From a virus, in IMG/VR virus record IMGVR_UViG_3300031673_000079, positions 1 to 50,014 of that record: 50,014 nucleotides of DNA. One strand, 5' to 3'. A program made the translations under genes and the position numbers. Shown one piece after another: positions 16,229 to 26,662 of this stretch (its first letter is position 1; every line of letters begins with the position of its first letter). The notes under the pieces are model-generated. The model was not told the origin of the DNA and did not search any database. It saw nothing but the letters and a program-made list of their open reading frames with translations.

Positions 16229-16539
16229 GACTAGCAAGGGCAATCATCGCCGATCTGATCGGCGCGATAGAAGACGTGGACCCGAGGATGCGCTACGTCA
16301 ACGCGCAGATCGATCGGGCAACGCTCGCCGAGGCGCGGGAGTTCATTACTAAGCCTCAGCCCGAACTCGACTGGGATGTGTCACTAATTCGCACCGCACT
16401 TCGGCGCAAGGTTTCGCCGTGGAGCAGCGAAGAGAAGGAGGCCATTGACCGGCTTGCCAGTCACCCACAGAGCGCGGAGCAAGCTTTCTGTAATACGGCA
16501 ACTGAGGCATATTGCATACGGCGATCTCTCCGTTGCTAG
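16225..16539 (+). CDS. Hypothetical protein
   Basis: ATGA overlap with the upstream gene; RBS GAGGA. Confidence 0.6.
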   Translation: MRLARAIIADLIGAIEDVDPRMRYVNAQIDRATLAEAREFITKPQPELDWDVSLIRTALRRKVSPWSSEEKEAIDRLASHPQSAEQAFCNTATEAYCIRRSLRC

Positions 16540-16589
16540 CCATTCGCGTACACGAAGCGCCGAAGGAAAAGAAAACGCTGGGAGGAATT

Positions 16590-16793
16590 ATGTACGATGA
16601 ATTAAAAGAATGCCCTTTCTGTGGTAAAAAAGGAGATTATCTTAATGTTCAATACGAAGGGGAAATGCTCGAAAAAGGAGAAATTAAAAAATATTGGGTA
16701 GAATGCGATTATTGTGGTTGTATAGGGCCTTCCAGTTACGATGAGGATCAAACAATAGAACAATGGAATGAAAGAAAAGGTAATTGTACTTGA
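16590..16793 (+). CDS. Lar-family restriction alleviation zinc-ribbon protein
   Basis: ELKECPFCG...YWVECDYCG...WNER; RBS GGAGG. Confidence 0.8.
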   Translation: MYDELKECPFCGKKGDYLNVQYEGEMLEKGEIKKYWVECDYCGCIGPSSYDEDQTIEQWNERKGNCT

Positions 16794-18424
16794 TGAAAGA
16801 GGCTCATTTTATTCATAAGACAAAGCCTTATGAGCACCAGATAGAAGCGGTACATTACTGTTATGGGAAGAAATATTTTGCCCTACTAATGGAGCAAGGT
16901 ACCGGAAAAAGTAAGGTGCTGATCGATATTGCATCTAACCTATTTTTGGAGAAAAAGATAGATGCAGTCATGTTAATAGCGCCTAAAGGTGTACAACAGC
17001 AATGGTCAAACGAACAGATTCCTACGCATTCTCCTATTCCATATACAGATACAGTATGGGAACTTTCTGTATCATCAAAGAAACAAAGGGAAACAGAAAA
17101 ATTCATTCGCACAAAATCGAAGGGACTGAAATGGTTTTGTATTAACGTAGAAGCCTTCAGTAGAGACACACATCTATCTCTGTTCAAGTCTTTTCTAAAG
17201 TATAATCGCACATTTCTTGTCATTGATGAAGCGACAAGAATTAAGAACCCGACCGCACAAAGAACAGTAAATATTATACAGGGACTTTCTGATGTGATTA
17301 AAGTAGGAAAAAGAATAATGAGTGTCACTCCTCTTTCAGTGTACCGTGCTATTTTAACAGGAACGATGGTTACAAATAGTCCTTACGATATTTGGAGCAT
17401 GATGGAATTTTTAGAGCATAATTATCTTGGGTTAGACTATTACTCCTTCAAAAATCATTACGGTATCGAGAAGCGCACGAATATCCCTGGGAGTTATAAA
17501 TCATATACTAGAAAGATAACCACTAAGGAGATTGCAAATGTTAGACAGTACCTTGCACGCGGGAAAAGCATTGAAGAAACAGCTAATATTATGTCTTTAT
17601 CAGAGTCGAGTATACGCTTTCTTAAAGATAACCCTTTGGTTCAGGCCCCTTATAAAAATCTGGATGAGCTTAAAGCGAAAATTGCTCCAATATCTTTTAT
17701 CATAAGAAAAATAGACTGCCTAGATCTTCCTCCTAAGATTTACGAGAAGCTGTATGTGGAGTTATCAAATGATCAGAAAGTTGCATACAAGACGCTCATT
17801 AAAGAACTTTCGGCAGAATACAACGGGGCACAACTTAATGTACTTAATAAGCTCACTCTTCTTGGAAGGCTTGGGCAAATATGTGGTGGCTTCTTCCCAA
17901 GCAATAACGAGCAAGAAACGATACTTATCCCATTTACATCGAATCCGAAGCTCGATGCGTTAGTAGAAGACCTTGAAGAATGCGCAGACTGGCCGGTTAT
18001 AGTAATTGCTGCTTTTGTAGCGGAGATCAAAGCGATTTATGCGCGCTTATGCAAGGAGTATCCTGATGAGAAAATCGAGTATATCTGTGGAGAAGTCACG
18101 ACTAACCGTACCGATATCATTGAGTCTTTTAAAAGGGGAGAAATCAAAATACTTATTGTCAATGCTAGAACAGTTGGCAGTGGGTATAACTTGCAAATAT
18201 CACACGTTCAGTATTTTTACTCTAATACGTATTCGATGGAAGATCGAGAACAGATCGAAGATAGGATACATCGTGATGGCCAGAAATCTGAGACTGTTCT
18301 CTATAAGGATATTATAGCTAAAAATACTATAGACGAAAAGATTATAACTATACTACAGCAAAAGAAAGACTTACTTGAATATATGCGCGACAAAACGCTA
18401 GACGAATTTTTAGGATGCCTATGA
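16793..18424 (+). CDS. SNF2-like (SF2) helicase
   Basis: MEQGTGKS, IDEA, LTGT, GSGYNLQ and QIEDRIHRDGQ. Confidence 0.92.
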   Translation: MKEAHFIHKTKPYEHQIEAVHYCYGKKYFALLMEQGTGKSKVLIDIASNLFLEKKIDAVMLIAPKGVQQQWSNEQIPTHSPIPYTDTVWELSVSSKKQRETEKFIRTKSKGLKWFCINVEAFSRDTHLSLFKSFLKYNRTFLVIDEATRIKNPTAQRTVNIIQGLSDVIKVGKRIMSVTPLSVYRAILTGTMVTNSPYDIWSMMEFLEHNYLGLDYYSFKNHYGIEKRTNIPGSYKSYTRKITTKEIANVRQYLARGKSIEETANIMSLSESSIRFLKDNPLVQAPYKNLDELKAKIAPISFIIRKIDCLDLPPKIYEKLYVELSNDQKVAYKTLIKELSAEYNGAQLNVLNKLTLLGRLGQICGGFFPSNNEQETILIPFTSNPKLDALVEDLEECADWPVIVIAAFVAEIKAIYARLCKEYPDEKIEYICGEVTTNRTDIIESFKRGEIKILIVNARTVGSGYNLQISHVQYFYSNTYSMEDREQIEDRIHRDGQKSETVLYKDIIAKNTIDEKIITILQQKKDLLEYMRDKTLDEFLGCL

Positions 18425-18696
18425 GAATAGATAGAATAGAATTATCATTTAACCAGCGGGTCACCCCAGTTTGTGAGTTTATGATGTACGATATGGATCA
18501 TAATATAACACACTATACGCGCTGTAATGAATACGCTAAAATATACTGTAGTGAAAGAGGAATGTCGATAATACAAGGAGGCGCAATAGAAAAAAGAGTA
18601 AAGAAAATAATACGTCTTTGTGAGGAACATTACAAAGAATTGAAGAAGCTCGTTCCAGATTTAGAGGAGGTGAATAGTGAACGACACATTTCTTGA
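18415..18696 (+). CDS. Hypothetical protein
   Basis: Overlaps both neighbours within the operon. Confidence 0.6.
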   Translation: MPMRIDRIELSFNQRVTPVCEFMMYDMDHNITHYTRCNEYAKIYCSERGMSIIQGGAIEKRVKKIIRLCEEHYKELKKLVPDLEEVNSERHIS

Positions 18697-19225
18697 TGAT
18701 TTTATAGATGATAGCAAATCTGCTATCGAAGAAGTAATGGCGTATATCAATGTTGTTGAAGCCCTAGATCATGATATACAACTTCTTGAAGATCAGTTAA
18801 AAGAAAAGAAAGAAAGGTATGATGAACTAGTTAAAGAGACTCTTCCCACGCTTCTGGCAGAGAACGGACTTGATAGTATGACGTTGGCTAATGGAAAGAA
18901 GCTAACTATAAAAGAAGATATTTTTGTATCTCTTCCTAAAAACGACATAGGAAGAAAGGCGGTTCTTACATGGCTTGCTAAGAACGGGGGAGTAGATTTG
19001 ATTAAAGAAGATATGATTGTAGAGGCTCCTCCTGAAGAACTTAAAACGTTCTTATCTATGCGGGGGATATCTTACGCCCAGGATACCTCCGTTAACGGTA
19101 ATAGTCTTAAAGCATGGTTTAGGCGTAAATTAGGAATGACCAAAGGATCACAACAAGAAATTGATCTTAATATGGTTCCTAAAGAAGCTAATCTCTATAT
19201 AGAAAGGAGGGCAGAAATAAAATGA
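18677..19225 (+). CDS. Conserved coiled-coil phage replication-module protein
   Basis: LP.LLAE.GLDSMTL.NG...WL..NG..DLIK...VN..SLKAW pattern, seen beside phage helicases. Confidence 0.75.
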   Translation: MNDTFLDDFIDDSKSAIEEVMAYINVVEALDHDIQLLEDQLKEKKERYDELVKETLPTLLAENGLDSMTLANGKKLTIKEDIFVSLPKNDIGRKAVLTWLAKNGGVDLIKEDMIVEAPPEELKTFLSMRGISYAQDTSVNGNSLKAWFRRKLGMTKGSQQEIDLNMVPKEANLYIERRAEIK

Positions 19226-19446
19226 CAAAGAAGGATGATGGAGTAAGACTAGAGAAGTATTTCGAGAATGATGATTTTGACGATCCGATTGACGAAGATG
19301 AAGATGAAGATGAAGATGAAGATGAAGATGAAGATGAAGACGAAGACGAAGACGAAGACGAAGACGAAGACGAAGACGAAGACGAAGACGAAGACGAAGA
19401 CGAAGACGAAGACGAAGATGAATCTTATGAGGAGGAGGAAAAATGA
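19222..19446 (+). CDS. Poly-(Glu-Asp) acidic protein
   Basis: ATGA overlaps at both ends; (GAAGAY)n at about 19291-19422. Confidence 0.65.
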   Translation: MTKKDDGVRLEKYFENDDFDDPIDEDEDEDEDEDEDEDEDEDEDEDEDEDEDEDEDEDEDEDEDEDESYEEEEK

Positions 19447-20195
19447 GCGATTTTCTTGATGATTTTTCGGGTCAAGGTTATGAGGATTTTGGATCGAATA
19501 GCTATCAAGTTCCTTTTTTAAAAATAGCACAATCATTGAGCCCCGAAGTTAAGAAACAAAAACCCGAATATATAGAGGGGCTAGAACCGGGACAATTTTT
19601 CAACACACTTACGAAAAAGAATTATGGTTCGACTATTAGACTCATTCCTCTTAGACAGAAGGGAATTTGGCTTGAATTTGAGCCTAACCAAGGACCTTTC
19701 AGAGGAGCCCACGCCCCTGGTTCTATTCCTACTGCTGGTGATACTTATGAAGATGGATTGAAGACGCTAAAAGGAAATAATCTTATCGACACTATGGTGT
19801 TTTATTGTCTTATTGAAGGAGAACTTGAAACGGGGCCGATTATTTTTTCACTTTATAAGTCTGGTATTAAACATGCTAAAACATGGAATAGTCTTATTAT
19901 GACTTCTAAAACTACTAGCGGTAAGCAGGCTCCCTATTTTGGTTCCGTATGGGAAGTTACCACACAATTTAACCAGAACGATCAAGGAGATTGGTTTCAG
20001 ATAGGAGCAGGTAAATCTAGTAATATTAAGCGTATACGGAGTATTACTAAAGATGAACTAGACTTATATGTTCTTCCCGCGCGTAATATTTTGAAAGATA
20101 TTGATCGTCGAGCGGACTATGCACAAATAACAGGGGGAGAGACAAGAATAGCGCTTACCGAGTCCACTGAATCTATAGCTAAGTCAGACTTCTAG
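19443..20195 (+). CDS. Probable ssDNA-binding/annealing protein
   Basis: PFLKIAQSLSPEV...G.FFNTLT...N..GDWF pattern; acidic end with terminal Phe; lies between helicase and primase. Confidence 0.6.
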   Translation: MSDFLDDFSGQGYEDFGSNSYQVPFLKIAQSLSPEVKKQKPEYIEGLEPGQFFNTLTKKNYGSTIRLIPLRQKGIWLEFEPNQGPFRGAHAPGSIPTAGDTYEDGLKTLKGNNLIDTMVFYCLIEGELETGPIIFSLYKSGIKHAKTWNSLIMTSKTTSGKQAPYFGSVWEVTTQFNQNDQGDWFQIGAGKSSNIKRIRSITKDELDLYVLPARNILKDIDRRADYAQITGGETRIALTESTESIAKSDF

Positions 20196-20203
20196 TTCTA
20201 CTT

Positions 20204-20236
20204 TAAGGCCATGGTATAAGTATATCATGGCCTTTA
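20204..20236 (+). terminator. Hairpin / probable terminator
   Basis: AAGGCCATGGTATA...TATATCATGGCCTT followed by T-rich tail. Confidence 0.55.
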
Positions 20237-20259
20237 TATTTGTTTAAGAGGGGTCTTAT

Positions 20260-21825
20260 GTGGACATATCACTTAATGATGTCGAAGATTTTAGCGCTAT
20301 ATTTCAAGGAAACCAACAGGCGCATGGAATATTTATTCCGTTTAAAAAAAATGTAGAGGGGAAAAAAATAGAAGGCAAAGCTGCTACCGCTAATGAATAT
20401 GTTTCAGCTTCGCTGTACGAAAAACATTTAAAAGGAGAACAAGGTTTAGGTATAGTTCCTATACGACAAGATGGTACATGCAGTTTTGCTGTTATTGATG
20501 TAGATAAATATGATTCTAGTTGTAACGATATAGTTAGAGCAATATATAAGCATAATTTACCATTAGTTCCTTTTAGATCAAAGAGCGGCGGATTACACTT
20601 ATACCTTTTTCTGGAAATAACCACACAAGCTAAACAAGTAGTAAAAGTAATGAATCACTTTCGCCGTCTATTTAGTTTGAAAAAAGATACAGAGATATTT
20701 CCTAAACAAACAACATTAAAAGAGGGGGATAGCGGAAATTGGATAAACCTTCCTTATTTTAATATGGAGGATACTAAGCAATATCTTATAGATGAAGACT
20801 TAAGTCCTGTTAATCTCAATATGGCTATCCAGATCGTTAAAACTAAAAAAGTGCTACCTGAAAGATTTTCTAAACTCACTGAGGAACTACCGTTAAGCGA
20901 CGCTCCTCCTTGCTTACAAAGCATCTATATATTAGGGAATATCGATCATGATAGAAATCTTTACCTGTTTTCTCTCGCACGTTACTACAAGGCGAAAGAA
21001 GGAGATGATTTTGAATACGCAGTTGCAGCAGCTAATAATGAGTTGGCTAGCCCCATAACACTAGATGAGCTATCTAATACCGTTATTAAGGCACATAAGA
21101 AAAAGAACTATAGTTATAAATGTAAGGAAGAACCTATATGTTCTATCTGCGATAAAATTGAGTGTAAATTACGTAAGTATGGTATAGGTGGAGCGGAAGT
21201 AAGTGACGTATCTTACGAAGAATTCATTCAGTATGGCACCGAAGAACCTTATTATGAGTGGATAATTAATGGAGCGCCTTTAACATTCTTTTCCGAAGCG
21301 GATATTATCAATCAAATGAAGTTTAGAGAGCTGTGCGTTAGAAAGTTACATTTTCTTCCTTTCAAGCAAACAGATTTCAATTGGACGGGAATAGTAAACA
21401 CCGCTCTTCATAATGTAATAATAAAGGACGAAGAAGAAAAGTCCGGTATGTCTATGTCTTCTGCACAGTTATTCAGAGAGTATCTTATTGAGTTTCTTAC
21501 AAAACGGGCTCCGGCGGCAAACGTCGAACAGATTCTAGTCGATCGTGTCTATAGAGATACTGTGGAAGGAGGCTATATATTTAAACCTAAAAATCTTCAT
21601 GTATTCCTCGTTCAACAAAAGCAATTTCGTGCTTATGGTTTACAACAAATGAGCGAGAAGCTGAAGAGTATGGGAGCTTATCCAAAGCAATACTATGTGC
21701 CTACTAAAAAAACGACAGTACGCGTATGGATAGCACCTTTTACAGGACTAGAGAAATATATAGAAATGGTTCCAGAAGATATTGAGATAGACTTTCTTGA
21801 TGAAGTAAAGAACGAAGATTACTAG
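20260..21825 (+). CDS. Primase (AEP-like) with PriCT/Zn-binding region
   Basis: IDVD, RSKSGGLHLY, EIFPKQ, GNWINLPY, PPCLQ and a Cys cluster. Confidence 0.85.
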   Translation: MDISLNDVEDFSAIFQGNQQAHGIFIPFKKNVEGKKIEGKAATANEYVSASLYEKHLKGEQGLGIVPIRQDGTCSFAVIDVDKYDSSCNDIVRAIYKHNLPLVPFRSKSGGLHLYLFLEITTQAKQVVKVMNHFRRLFSLKKDTEIFPKQTTLKEGDSGNWINLPYFNMEDTKQYLIDEDLSPVNLNMAIQIVKTKKVLPERFSKLTEELPLSDAPPCLQSIYILGNIDHDRNLYLFSLARYYKAKEGDDFEYAVAAANNELASPITLDELSNTVIKAHKKKNYSYKCKEEPICSICDKIECKLRKYGIGGAEVSDVSYEEFIQYGTEEPYYEWIINGAPLTFFSEADIINQMKFRELCVRKLHFLPFKQTDFNWTGIVNTALHNVIIKDEEEKSGMSMSSAQLFREYLIEFLTKRAPAANVEQILVDRVYRDTVEGGYIFKPKNLHVFLVQQKQFRAYGLQQMSEKLKSMGAYPKQYYVPTKKTTVRVWIAPFTGLEKYIEMVPEDIEIDFLDEVKNEDY

Positions 21826-21833
21826 GAGAGACT

Positions 21834-21941
21834 ATGTATCAACTTCCTTTTGATTTCACATGGTTTCTGTTTGGAATTACAGTAGGCTTATTCTTTTACG
21901 TCATTATTTTTATTGGTAAGAAGACCGGAAAATGGAAGTAA
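21834..21941 (+). CDS. 35-aa hydrophobic peptide
   Basis: RBS AGGAGA; single TM stretch. Confidence 0.5.
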   Translation: MYQLPFDFTWFLFGITVGLFFYVIIFIGKKTGKWK

Positions 21942-23317
21942 ATCTCATTGCGGGCCCACCTGGAACGGGTAAAACCACTACCCTTATGGACATTATTGAA
22001 AAGGAACTTCTTGTATGCGCTCCTAATGAGATAGCTTTTGTTACGTTTACTAAAGAAGGATCACTACAAGGAATTAGAAGAGCTTGTGAAAGATTCAATT
22101 ATACACATAAACAATTTCCTTATTTTAGGACTTTGCACAGTCTTGCTTTCCAAGAATTAAAGTTAAACAGAGCTAATGTTATGGGACCACAACAGTATAA
22201 ACACTTTTCTAAGAAGATGGGAATGAACTTTGTAGGATATTATACAGAGGAGTTGCGAAACGATGATGATAGGTACTTATTTTTTGACCATATCCACAGG
22301 AACAATCCAAGATATGCGGCTAAACAACTCCATTTGTTCGATACGGATAAACTCAAGTTTGTGCGATCTTCCTACAAAAAATACAAGAATTTTTTTGCTC
22401 TTTATGACTATACAGATATGATAGAAATGTATAATCGAAGTGATAAGTCAACTCCAGTGCGTGTGGCAATCATCGACGAAGCGCAAGATTTAACTACATT
22501 ACAGTGGGAAATGGTATGGAGGGCCTTTAAGAATGCAGAAAGAGTTTATATTGCGGGTGACGATGACCAAGCTATATATCAGTGGTCCGGAGCAGATATC
22601 GGGTACTATCTTGATATTAAAGGAAAGTTACAGATACTTAGACACTCCTATCGCTTACCAGACCCGGTTTTGTCTTATGCTAAACTAATACTAGAAAGAA
22701 TTACTAGACGCATCGATAAAGAGTATAGTGGGACAGGGACCGCAGGAAACGTAACAACAATAAACACACTCGACGAACTTCATTTAGATCCTAACGAGAA
22801 TTATATGTTTCTATCACGTAACAATTGTTTTTTGAAAAATATAGAAGATTTTATTATAAAAAAAGGTTTAGTATATCGAGTAAAAGGAGAGCCTTCCGCC
22901 ACAAAGAAAGATGTAGATGCGATAAAATCTTATGAAAGAGTTCGTAAGGATCGTATAATGTCGGTAAGTGACGAGTTTCAATTGCTTCCTTATCTAAAGC
23001 AACCGCTAAATTTGAACGATCCATGGTATGAAGCCTTCAAATGGCCCGAGTATAGGTGTAATTATTTTAGAGATTTGATAAAAAATAAAGTAGATATTAG
23101 TAGTATAAAAATAGATATAGGAACTATCCATTCTGTTAAAGGAGGAGAATGCGATAATGTCGTATTGCTTACTGATATCACAAAATCTGTTCGTGATAAT
23201 CTTGATGATAATCCTGATTCTGAATGGCGCGTTTTTTATGTGGGAGCTACGAGAGCGAAGAAAACATTGACAATAGTCAATTCTAGTTCTAAGTTTAGTT
23301 ATCCAACAGTAAGTTAG
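21932..23317 (+). CDS. UvrD/Rep-like SF1 helicase
   Basis: GPPGTGKT, DEAQD, GDDDQAIY, TIHSVKGGE and YVGATRAK. Confidence 0.95.
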   Translation: MEVNLIAGPPGTGKTTTLMDIIEKELLVCAPNEIAFVTFTKEGSLQGIRRACERFNYTHKQFPYFRTLHSLAFQELKLNRANVMGPQQYKHFSKKMGMNFVGYYTEELRNDDDRYLFFDHIHRNNPRYAAKQLHLFDTDKLKFVRSSYKKYKNFFALYDYTDMIEMYNRSDKSTPVRVAIIDEAQDLTTLQWEMVWRAFKNAERVYIAGDDDQAIYQWSGADIGYYLDIKGKLQILRHSYRLPDPVLSYAKLILERITRRIDKEYSGTGTAGNVTTINTLDELHLDPNENYMFLSRNNCFLKNIEDFIIKKGLVYRVKGEPSATKKDVDAIKSYERVRKDRIMSVSDEFQLLPYLKQPLNLNDPWYEAFKWPEYRCNYFRDLIKNKVDISSIKIDIGTIHSVKGGECDNVVLLTDITKSVRDNLDDNPDSEWRVFYVGATRAKKTLTIVNSSSKFSYPTVS

Positions 23318-23325
23318 GAGGAATT

Positions 23326-23793
23326 ATGGACTACAAAAATGAAGATATTACGGATATAATAATAGAAACTATAGAGATAAAAGACAAAGAAGAAAACATA
23401 TTAGGATATGCTTATAAATATAATAGCGGAATGCTGATGATTGCAATGAATAAAGGGAACGTTATATTAGCAGAAGAAGCACCAAAAATAAGTGAATTTA
23501 AAGATACTAAGGATAAGCCACGACTAGGGTATGTCTATCGGTCCTTTCTTAATGCTGTTACGGCAGTAAGAGAATTTGGAGCGAAAAAATATCAGAATCC
23601 TAATACGTGGCGACAAGTTCCTATGGATGACTATTATCATGCCCTCATGCGGCACGTCTCTGCGATGATGGATGCAAGGTTCAACCCCGAGAGCCGCGAG
23701 ACGCTAATCGATGCGGAGAGTGGCATACGTCACGCGGCACACGCCGCATGTAATTTGATGTACATCATTGAAGAGGAGGACAGTATATCATGA
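23326..23793 (+). CDS. dATP/dGTP diphosphohydrolase-domain protein (DUF5664-like)
   Basis: K.R...V..FGAKKY...W...ALMRH...D.ESG..H.AHAACN motif. Confidence 0.8.
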   Translation: MDYKNEDITDIIIETIEIKDKEENILGYAYKYNSGMLMIAMNKGNVILAEEAPKISEFKDTKDKPRLGYVYRSFLNAVTAVREFGAKKYQNPNTWRQVPMDDYYHALMRHVSAMMDARFNPESRETLIDAESGIRHAAHAACNLMYIIEEEDSIS

Positions 23794-24050
23794 TAGGAGA
23801 AGGAGTTACAGGAGGATCGAATGGCGGCCCTAGAAGGGCGCTTTTAGGCAAAAAGGCTTCGTCACAGAAACATACGGCAAGGAAAATTGCGCCGCTCTAC
23901 GAGCTGGGAACAGTGAGCAAAACCTTGAATTTACAGGACTACCCACGTATATGCGAAGGATGCGGAAGAGAGTTTGTAGCACACCGAAAAGATAAAAGAT
24001 TTTGTTGTCAGTCATGCTACCAATCTTATTATTATAGGAAACATAAATGA
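23790..24050 (+). CDS. Small zinc-finger protein
   Basis: CEGCGREF....DKRFCCQSC. Confidence 0.65.
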   Translation: MIGEGVTGGSNGGPRRALLGKKASSQKHTARKIAPLYELGTVSKTLNLQDYPRICEGCGREFVAHRKDKRFCCQSCYQSYYYRKHK

Positions 24051-25867
24051 ACTACCCCGATCTATCTTCTGCTAAGATGATAGCTTTTGATACTGAGACG
24101 TATGATCCTTATCTTATAGAAGAAGGTCCTGGATGTTTTAGGAGGGATGGATATGTTATGGGTGTATCTCTTGCAACTGACGATGGTTTTGCTGAGTACT
24201 ATAGCTTACACCATTCTGATACTCCTAGTGATGAACGATCAGCGAATCTCAAGTATATTAAAACTATTCTTGGTAATAGTATATCTAAGCTTGGTGTTAA
24301 TTGTGGATATGATTTTGGTTGGCTACACGACTACTTGGGAGTTGAGATCAATGGAAAGCTTAACGATATTCAAATCGCTGAACCTCTTTTGGACGAATAT
24401 CAACAGCATTATTCACTCGATTTTCAGAGTCATAAGTACCTCGGAGTAGGTAAAGAGAATGATGAGTTAAAAGAATGGTGCGAAAAGCGTAATCTAAAAG
24501 GCGATCCACGTAAATATATATGGCAAATGCCCTATGAACTTGTACGTAAATATGCTATCGGAGATGTTAAACAACCATTAGTTATCTTTGAAAAGCAGAA
24601 AGTATTGCTTGAAGAACAAAATTTGATGCGTGTATATGATATGGAGACCGATCTTCTTCGTCCTATATTCGCCATGAGAAGCAAAGGAATTCGCGTAGAT
24701 CGTAACAAGATTCGCGCTACAGTAGAGAGACTTGAGAAAGATATAATAACTTGGGAACGAGAATTATTCGATCAATATGGTGAATTTAATGTTAATAGTT
24801 CACAGCAAATAGCAGAAGTTCTTGCTAAACTACATATCAAATATCCTCTCACTAATAAAGGAAGCCCAAATATAGATCATAAATTCCTTGAGTTTAATTG
24901 TGGGGATAGTATAGGAAATAAAATTCTTAAACTTCGTTCAGCTAAAAAGGTTATTAGCACCTTTCTCATGGGAGCTTTTACAGATTACAATGTTCAAGAT
25001 CGTATCCATCCTAACTTTGTCACAATGAAGCGAGATGAAGGAGGCACGGTAACAGGTAGATTATCCTGTCAGAATCCTAATCTCCAACAAGTTCCTTCTA
25101 AAGATGAGACGTATGGGCCAGAATGTCGTTCAGTATTTATCCCTGAAGAGAACTGCTGGTATGGTAAGATAGATTACTCACAAATAGAATACCGCATCAT
25201 TGCCCACTATGCTCTAGGGGCAGGAAGCGATAAAATACGTAAGGAGTTCAATGATAATCCTTACACGGACTATCATTACTTAGTACAACAATGGATACAA
25301 GAAGTTACAGGTGTGTCTTTGGAGCGAAAAAAGGTAAAAAATCTTAATTTTGGTACTGCTTATTTCATGGGTATTGCGTCAATGTCTAAGAAGTTTGGTT
25401 GGTCTATGGAACAAAGTGAAGAACTTAATAAAGTGTATTTTGATACATTTACATTCTTAAAACCAACCCGTACCGCAGTAGTAAACATAGCGAAGATGCG
25501 CGGCTATGTGCATACAATATTAGGCCGTCGCGCTCGAATTACGCACGCTATGAGAGAAAATAGAAAAGAATATATAGTATGGAATCATCTTGTACAAGGG
25601 ACTGCGGCGGATATAATGAAAAAAGCCATTGTTGATGCTTGGAAGAGCGGCGTATTAGACGTGCTTACCGCTCATATTACGGTGCATGACGAATTAGGCG
25701 TATCAGTACCAAAGACAAAGGAGGGTATAGAGGCTTATAGAGAACTAAAAAATACGATGGAGCATGTTGTAAATCTTAAAATACCTATTATTGCTGAAGC
25801 TGAAATCGGGTCCTCGTGGGGAGAGACTAAGAAATTTGATTTTGATGCACTAAAGGAGACTATATGA
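24047..25867 (+). CDS. DNA polymerase family A with 3'-5' exonuclease
   Basis: FDTET, TGRLS..NPNLQQ, DYSQIEYR, K..NFG..Y, QGTAADIMK and VHDEL. Confidence 0.97.
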   Translation: MNYPDLSSAKMIAFDTETYDPYLIEEGPGCFRRDGYVMGVSLATDDGFAEYYSLHHSDTPSDERSANLKYIKTILGNSISKLGVNCGYDFGWLHDYLGVEINGKLNDIQIAEPLLDEYQQHYSLDFQSHKYLGVGKENDELKEWCEKRNLKGDPRKYIWQMPYELVRKYAIGDVKQPLVIFEKQKVLLEEQNLMRVYDMETDLLRPIFAMRSKGIRVDRNKIRATVERLEKDIITWERELFDQYGEFNVNSSQQIAEVLAKLHIKYPLTNKGSPNIDHKFLEFNCGDSIGNKILKLRSAKKVISTFLMGAFTDYNVQDRIHPNFVTMKRDEGGTVTGRLSCQNPNLQQVPSKDETYGPECRSVFIPEENCWYGKIDYSQIEYRIIAHYALGAGSDKIRKEFNDNPYTDYHYLVQQWIQEVTGVSLERKKVKNLNFGTAYFMGIASMSKKFGWSMEQSEELNKVYFDTFTFLKPTRTAVVNIAKMRGYVHTILGRRARITHAMRENRKEYIVWNHLVQGTAADIMKKAIVDAWKSGVLDVLTAHITVHDELGVSVPKTKEGIEAYRELKNTMEHVVNLKIPIIAEAEIGSSWGETKKFDFDALKETI

Positions 25868-26079
25868 AGCCAAATATTACTATTAACAGGCAAAAACATA
25901 CTTTCAGCTATCAATCAATGCTTAACTATTTGAAGGCGCATGGTTATGTCAAACAAGAAGAAGATATGATCCCCATAGAATTTATCAAAACGGAATCGGT
26001 TAAGATACGGGAAAAACGAAGCGATCTTCCATCAGGTATACGAAGACTTATCGTAGACATGGACGTGGAGGTAAAGTAA
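25864..26079 (+). CDS. Hypothetical protein
   Basis: ATGA overlap; RBS AAGGAG. Confidence 0.6.
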   Translation: MKPNITINRQKHTFSYQSMLNYLKAHGYVKQEEDMIPIEFIKTESVKIREKRSDLPSGIRRLIVDMDVEVK

Positions 26080-26080
26080 G

Positions 26081-26662
26081 ATGAAAATATTAGCTACCGC
26101 TTTCTCCGAAGTGAAAATAATACTATATGATAAAATATATGATGATCGAGGATCATTTTCGGAATTTATGAAAGAAAGTGATGGCTTTTCTATTAGACAA
26201 GTTAATGAGAGTTTTTCTAAAAAACGAACACTTCGTGGTTTACACATGCAGTATGGTCCTCCTTTATCAAAAATGATACGGGTAGTCGCAGGCTCTTGTA
26301 TGTTTATTGTACTCGATATTCGCCCTAAATCTTCTACTCAAGGGAAAGCTATCCTAGTAAAAAAAGCTAGCGTAATGGATGAGAAGCATACAAGTTGGCT
26401 TAAAATACCTTTTGGATTTGCTAGTGGATTTTTGGCAATGGAAGATTCAATTGTAGAATATCTTTTTGACGAGGAGTATAGCGAGTATACCAATATATCG
26501 GTAAACTATAATGATCCTAACATTGATTGGTCTTTAACAACTGCACCATATAAAAATACTTACCAGTTCTTTATAGATACCAATAAATTGATTATATCTG
26601 AAAAAGATAGGGAAGCTCTTAGTTTACTTGATTTAATAGGAAAAAAGGAGCTGTTTGAATGA
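26081..26662 (+). CDS. rmlC: NDP-4-keto-6-deoxyhexose 3,5-epimerase (RmlC-like)
   Basis: DDRGSFSE, QVNESFS...LRGLH.Q, IP.GFA.GF and ISEKD. Confidence 0.9.
   Translation: MKILATAFSEVKIILYDKIYDDRGSFSEFMKESDGFSIRQVNESFSKKRTLRGLHMQYGPPLSKMIRVVAGSCMFIVLDIRPKSSTQGKAILVKKASVMDEKHTSWLKIPFGFASGFLAMEDSIVEYLFDEEYSEYTNISVNYNDPNIDWSLTTAPYKNTYQFFIDTNKLIISEKDREALSLLDLIGKKELFE

Noticed and set aside
15476..16243. Antisense and alternate-frame repeat ORFs
   Set aside because: Stop-free shadows of the 24-bp repeat
19249..19536. Poly-KM/KT and poly-FV/FI ORFs
   Set aside because: Alternate frames of the GAAGAY repeat; only the ED frame is coupled to its neighbours
23326..25867. Z-genome (2-aminoadenine) system suggested by a DUF5664-like gene next to polA
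   Set aside because: No PurZ-like gene seen anywhere in the genome
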